From: an uncultured archaeon
GTDB lineage: Archaea > Aenigmatarchaeota > Aenigmatarchaeia > GW2011-AR5
Length of the DNA stretch: 34,851 bases
Reading direction: 5' to 3'
Assembly (NCBI GenBank): GCA_964373695.1
Contig: CAYJVT010000009.1
Coordinates: 1 to 34,851, forward strand
Under the pieces are notes generated by a model, which saw only the letters and a list, made by a program, of their open reading frames with translations, was not told the origin of the DNA and did no database searches. Below are positions 32,427-34,851 of this stretch, piece after piece (position 1 is the first letter of the stretch; every line of letters starts with the position of its first letter). A program made the translations under genes and the position numbers.

Positions 32427-33458
32427 ATGGAAAAAGCCGCCAGATTCCTGAGAAGCGTAAAGGAAAACGACAATGTCGTGATAATATTCAACAATGATGC
32501 GGACGGCATATGCTCATGCGCCCTTGTCGACATTTTCCTCAGGAAAAGTCTGAAAAAAGAGACGCTTCTTATAAGCCAGCCGATGCCGATGGACAAGAAT
32601 CTCATAAGCAGGATACGGACAACGGTACCGGACAAGATAATATTTCTCGACCTTGCTGCGGACCAGCAGGAACAGATGGTGAAAAAGATAGCCGGACTGG
32701 CGGAAGTCCTGATAATAGACCACCATCAAGTCCATAAGGACATGAATTCCGGCAGGATTGTGCACTGCAATCCCAGAATGAAAAAGAAGGGTATCTACCA
32801 GTCCACAAGCTACCTGGCCTACAAGATATGCTCGAAGCTGGACGACATGAGCGGATATCTGTGGGTCGCAGCTGCCGGGATGATAGGAGACTACAATCTT
32901 GACGACTCCGATGACCTCGTGAAGGAAATAGCCGCCGAATATAAAGTCGGTGAAAAGCTCTACGACAGCTTCCTCGGCCGGATAACAGACATGATATCGG
33001 CCTCGCAAGCGACAAAAGCGTTTTCATGCGAGCAGATGGTCAGGATAATCGAAACTTCAGATGCGGAAGGAATAAGGAACAACGAGAAACTTACGGATGC
33101 GTACAGAAAAGTGGAAAACGAGATGGCAAGGCTCATGGAGGACGCCGAGGTGCACGCAGAAAGGCATGGCGATATCGTGTTTTACGGCTTCAAATCCAGC
33201 ATAAGCCTGCGTTCGGAGATATCGACGAAGCTCAGCTCCAAGTTCAGGGGCAAGACAGTCGTCATTTATGAAAAGATTGGCTCCAAGATGAAGGTTTCAG
33301 GCCGCAACCAGTCCGGGAAGGACGTCGCAAAGCTTTTCAAGGAGGCAGGCGAAGGCCTTGACGTGCTTGCCGGGGGCCATGAAGCCGCTGCGGGGGCCGC
33401 CGTTGCCGCAGACGACTGGGATGAGTTCAAGAAGCGGCTGATAGAGATGGGGAAGTAA
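32427..33458 (+). CDS. DHH-family phosphoesterase with DHHA1 domain (RecJ/GAN/NrnA-like)
   Basis: NNDADG, FLD, IIDHH and GGHEAAAG motifs. Confidence 0.93.
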   Translation: MEKAARFLRSVKENDNVVIIFNNDADGICSCALVDIFLRKSLKKETLLISQPMPMDKNLISRIRTTVPDKIIFLDLAADQQEQMVKKIAGLAEVLIIDHHQVHKDMNSGRIVHCNPRMKKKGIYQSTSYLAYKICSKLDDMSGYLWVAAAGMIGDYNLDDSDDLVKEIAAEYKVGEKLYDSFLGRITDMISASQATKAFSCEQMVRIIETSDAEGIRNNEKLTDAYRKVENEMARLMEDAEVHAERHGDIVFYGFKSSISLRSEISTKLSSKFRGKTVVIYEKIGSKMKVSGRNQSGKDVAKLFKEAGEGLDVLAGGHEAAAGAAVAADDWDEFKKRLIEMGK

Positions 33459-33534
33459 TTAATGCACCGTTTGTAGTATAAATTTTAAATAATACTTTCA
33501 TCAAGCATTATAAATGGTTGGAAAAAAGGATTTA

Positions 33535-34017
33535 ATGAAAGTATATTTAGATACAAGTGTTATTCTCCCTTGGTTCCAAAACATTATGACAGAAAATAAT
33601 GAAACGCCTATGATAATACGATTTCTTGTGGAACATCCTGAAATTGAAAAATATATCTCATCATTTACCGTAGCAGAGCTAGTAGAGAAACTGATGTTCA
33701 AAACAGATAAAATAAGGGACCATATGAAAAAACTTGAGATAATTACGAGCTTTATTGATGTATTTCAGAGAACAATACCTAACTTGTATATAATAGAGCT
33801 TGAAGAGTCAAAAAACGGTGAAAGAGGCATTCTTATTCCAATTCCAGAACTCATAGAATATATATCAGTCATCGGCAATGTAAAAGATGCAATACATGTC
33901 TGCATAGCAAAGCATGAAGACATATACATAGTGACGAAAGATGATGAAATAGGCAGAATCCAGAGCCTTTATCCAAAGACTGTAGGAATGAAAGGATTTG
34001 CAAAGGCTTTCAGCTAG
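33535..34017 (+). CDS. PIN-domain (VapC-like) ribonuclease
   Basis: MKVYLDTSV, SSFTVAEL, DAIHVCIA and IVTKD motifs. Alternative start at 33514. Confidence 0.88.
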   Translation: MKVYLDTSVILPWFQNIMTENNETPMIIRFLVEHPEIEKYISSFTVAELVEKLMFKTDKIRDHMKKLEIITSFIDVFQRTIPNLYIIELEESKNGERGILIPIPELIEYISVIGNVKDAIHVCIAKHEDIYIVTKDDEIGRIQSLYPKTVGMKGFAKAFS

Positions 34018-34164
34018 TTATTTAGCTTCATCGAGAATTTTCCTTAATTTATCTTCTCCTTCCTTAAGGCTCAGCAATTTCTGGGATGAAGGCCTAATTA
34101 CAATAACTTCGTGTTTATTCAATCGCATCTTAGCCCTTTCTCCTGGCAATTCCCACTTTTTCAT
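34018..34164 (-). CDS. 48-aa small protein convergent with the PIN gene, possible antitoxin (not in ORF track)
   Basis: MKKWELPGERAKMRLNKHEVIVIRPSSQKLLSLKEGEDKLRKILDEAK*, with a GAGTGA SD 5 nt upstream. Its stop directly abuts the PIN stop. Confidence 0.5.
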   Translation of the reverse strand: MKKWELPGERAKMRLNKHEVIVIRPSSQKLLSLKEGEDKLRKILDEAK

Positions 34165-34500
34165 ATCAATCACTCTTTAATACAGACACCCCATGCACAA
34201 TGAACAGGCTTCTGTAGATAAGAATTGGTAAAAGCCCTTATAAATAGATTTTAACTTTAATGCCTTTCTGAAGCCCGCAACATATACTTTCCACTCAACT
34301 CGCCATCTCATCATACTCAGGCTCAGGTCAGAGCTTAAGCGTGGTTGCTCCAGCGAATCAGGATAGGGTTAAGTGTTGATAATACGTCTTATTCCACAGA
34401 AGGCGTCTACAACCAGACGATTCCGATTGGAAATGTTGGATCGGATGAAAATTCTTTGATAGGCAGATTGAATTTAAGAGATTTGTATGTATGTTTATTT

Positions 34501-34851
34501 TTATTCGTTGGTAACGGATTCTACATTTATGTTATTTACAATCCCGCTCTGAACATCAACATCCCCAGAAACCCTAACCGATATTTTTGTTATAGTAACA
34601 GTTCCAACTATAGGAATGCCAGTGTCAATTTGAATAGGAAACGAAGTTTTCATAGCTGTTCTGTAGGTTCTTCCAGAAATCAATGAAATACTATCTTTAA
34701 CCCATGTGACAGAAGGTATTTTACTTTTCAATGCACCAGATATGATATTTTCTGTAATTTGAGACAATAAACTATTCTGTATTTTTAAATCACTCGAGCT
34801 TCGTAGAAATCCTCTGACAAAAGTCAAGATCAGGTCGATATTGTGCACAAG
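34501..34851 (-). CDS. Probable 3' part of a gene entering from beyond the window, unknown function
   Basis: Frame is open to the window edge; AT-rich; no recognised motif. Confidence 0.45.
   Translation of the reverse strand, partial: LVHNIDLILTFVRGFLRSSSDLKIQNSLLSQITENIISGALKSKIPSVTWVKDSISLISGRTYRTAMKTSFPIQIDTGIPIVGTVTITKISVRVSGDVDVQSGIVNNINVESVTNE

Noticed and set aside
936-33271. Numerous antisense and alternate-frame ORFs over the membrane, pilus, hisS, ileS and DHH genes
   Set aside because: Typical shadows of GC3-rich genes, with no motifs or SDs.
34285-34345. ATGATGA and CTGA motifs on the minus strand suggesting a C/D sRNA
   Set aside because: Boxes are in the wrong order, with no terminal D box at proper spacing.
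34345-34686. 113-aa plus-strand ORF
   Set aside because: TTG start, no motif, and it overlaps the opposite-strand ORF entering from the window edge. Cannot be supported.
1-34851. CRISPR array, rRNA, integrase or autonomous transposase
   Set aside because: I saw no regularly spaced repeats, rRNA-like segments or recombinase/transposase motifs.

Overview
Archaeal DNA, most likely from a DPANN-type lineage. Domain-level evidence: tRNAs with BHB introns, aMBF1, PINA ATPase, class III signal peptides, GGTGA Shine-Dalgarno motifs and TATA boxes. The DPANN call is inference. Left half: a miniature IS200/IS605 (IscB/omegaRNA-like) remnant, an HExxH protein, four related small membrane proteins, a NUDIX hydrolase and two coiled-coil genes. 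These are followed by a ~15 kb type IV pilus/Tad-like locus: an intein-containing assembly ATPase, a TadB/C-like platform and 12 pilin-like genes, two of them too short for the ORF track. The locus has three unusual features. One large prepilin-like protein carries a complete M23 (LytM/lysostaphin-type) peptidoglycan endopeptidase domain. One ORF is a two-unit 'poly-pilin' with an internal RRKKG|ME class III cleavage site. Several pilin-like genes are leaderless and joined by in-frame stop-ATG junctions. Right half: two surface glycoproteins, a tRNA-Arg(CCT) with three introns, PINA, three tandem unannotated zinc-ribbon microproteins, hisS, an AbrB plus orphan cassette, intron-containing tRNA-His, aMBF1, intein-containing ileS, a DHH phosphoesterase, and an AT-rich PIN-toxin region at the right edge. 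All calls come from manual motif reading; no database searches were run.
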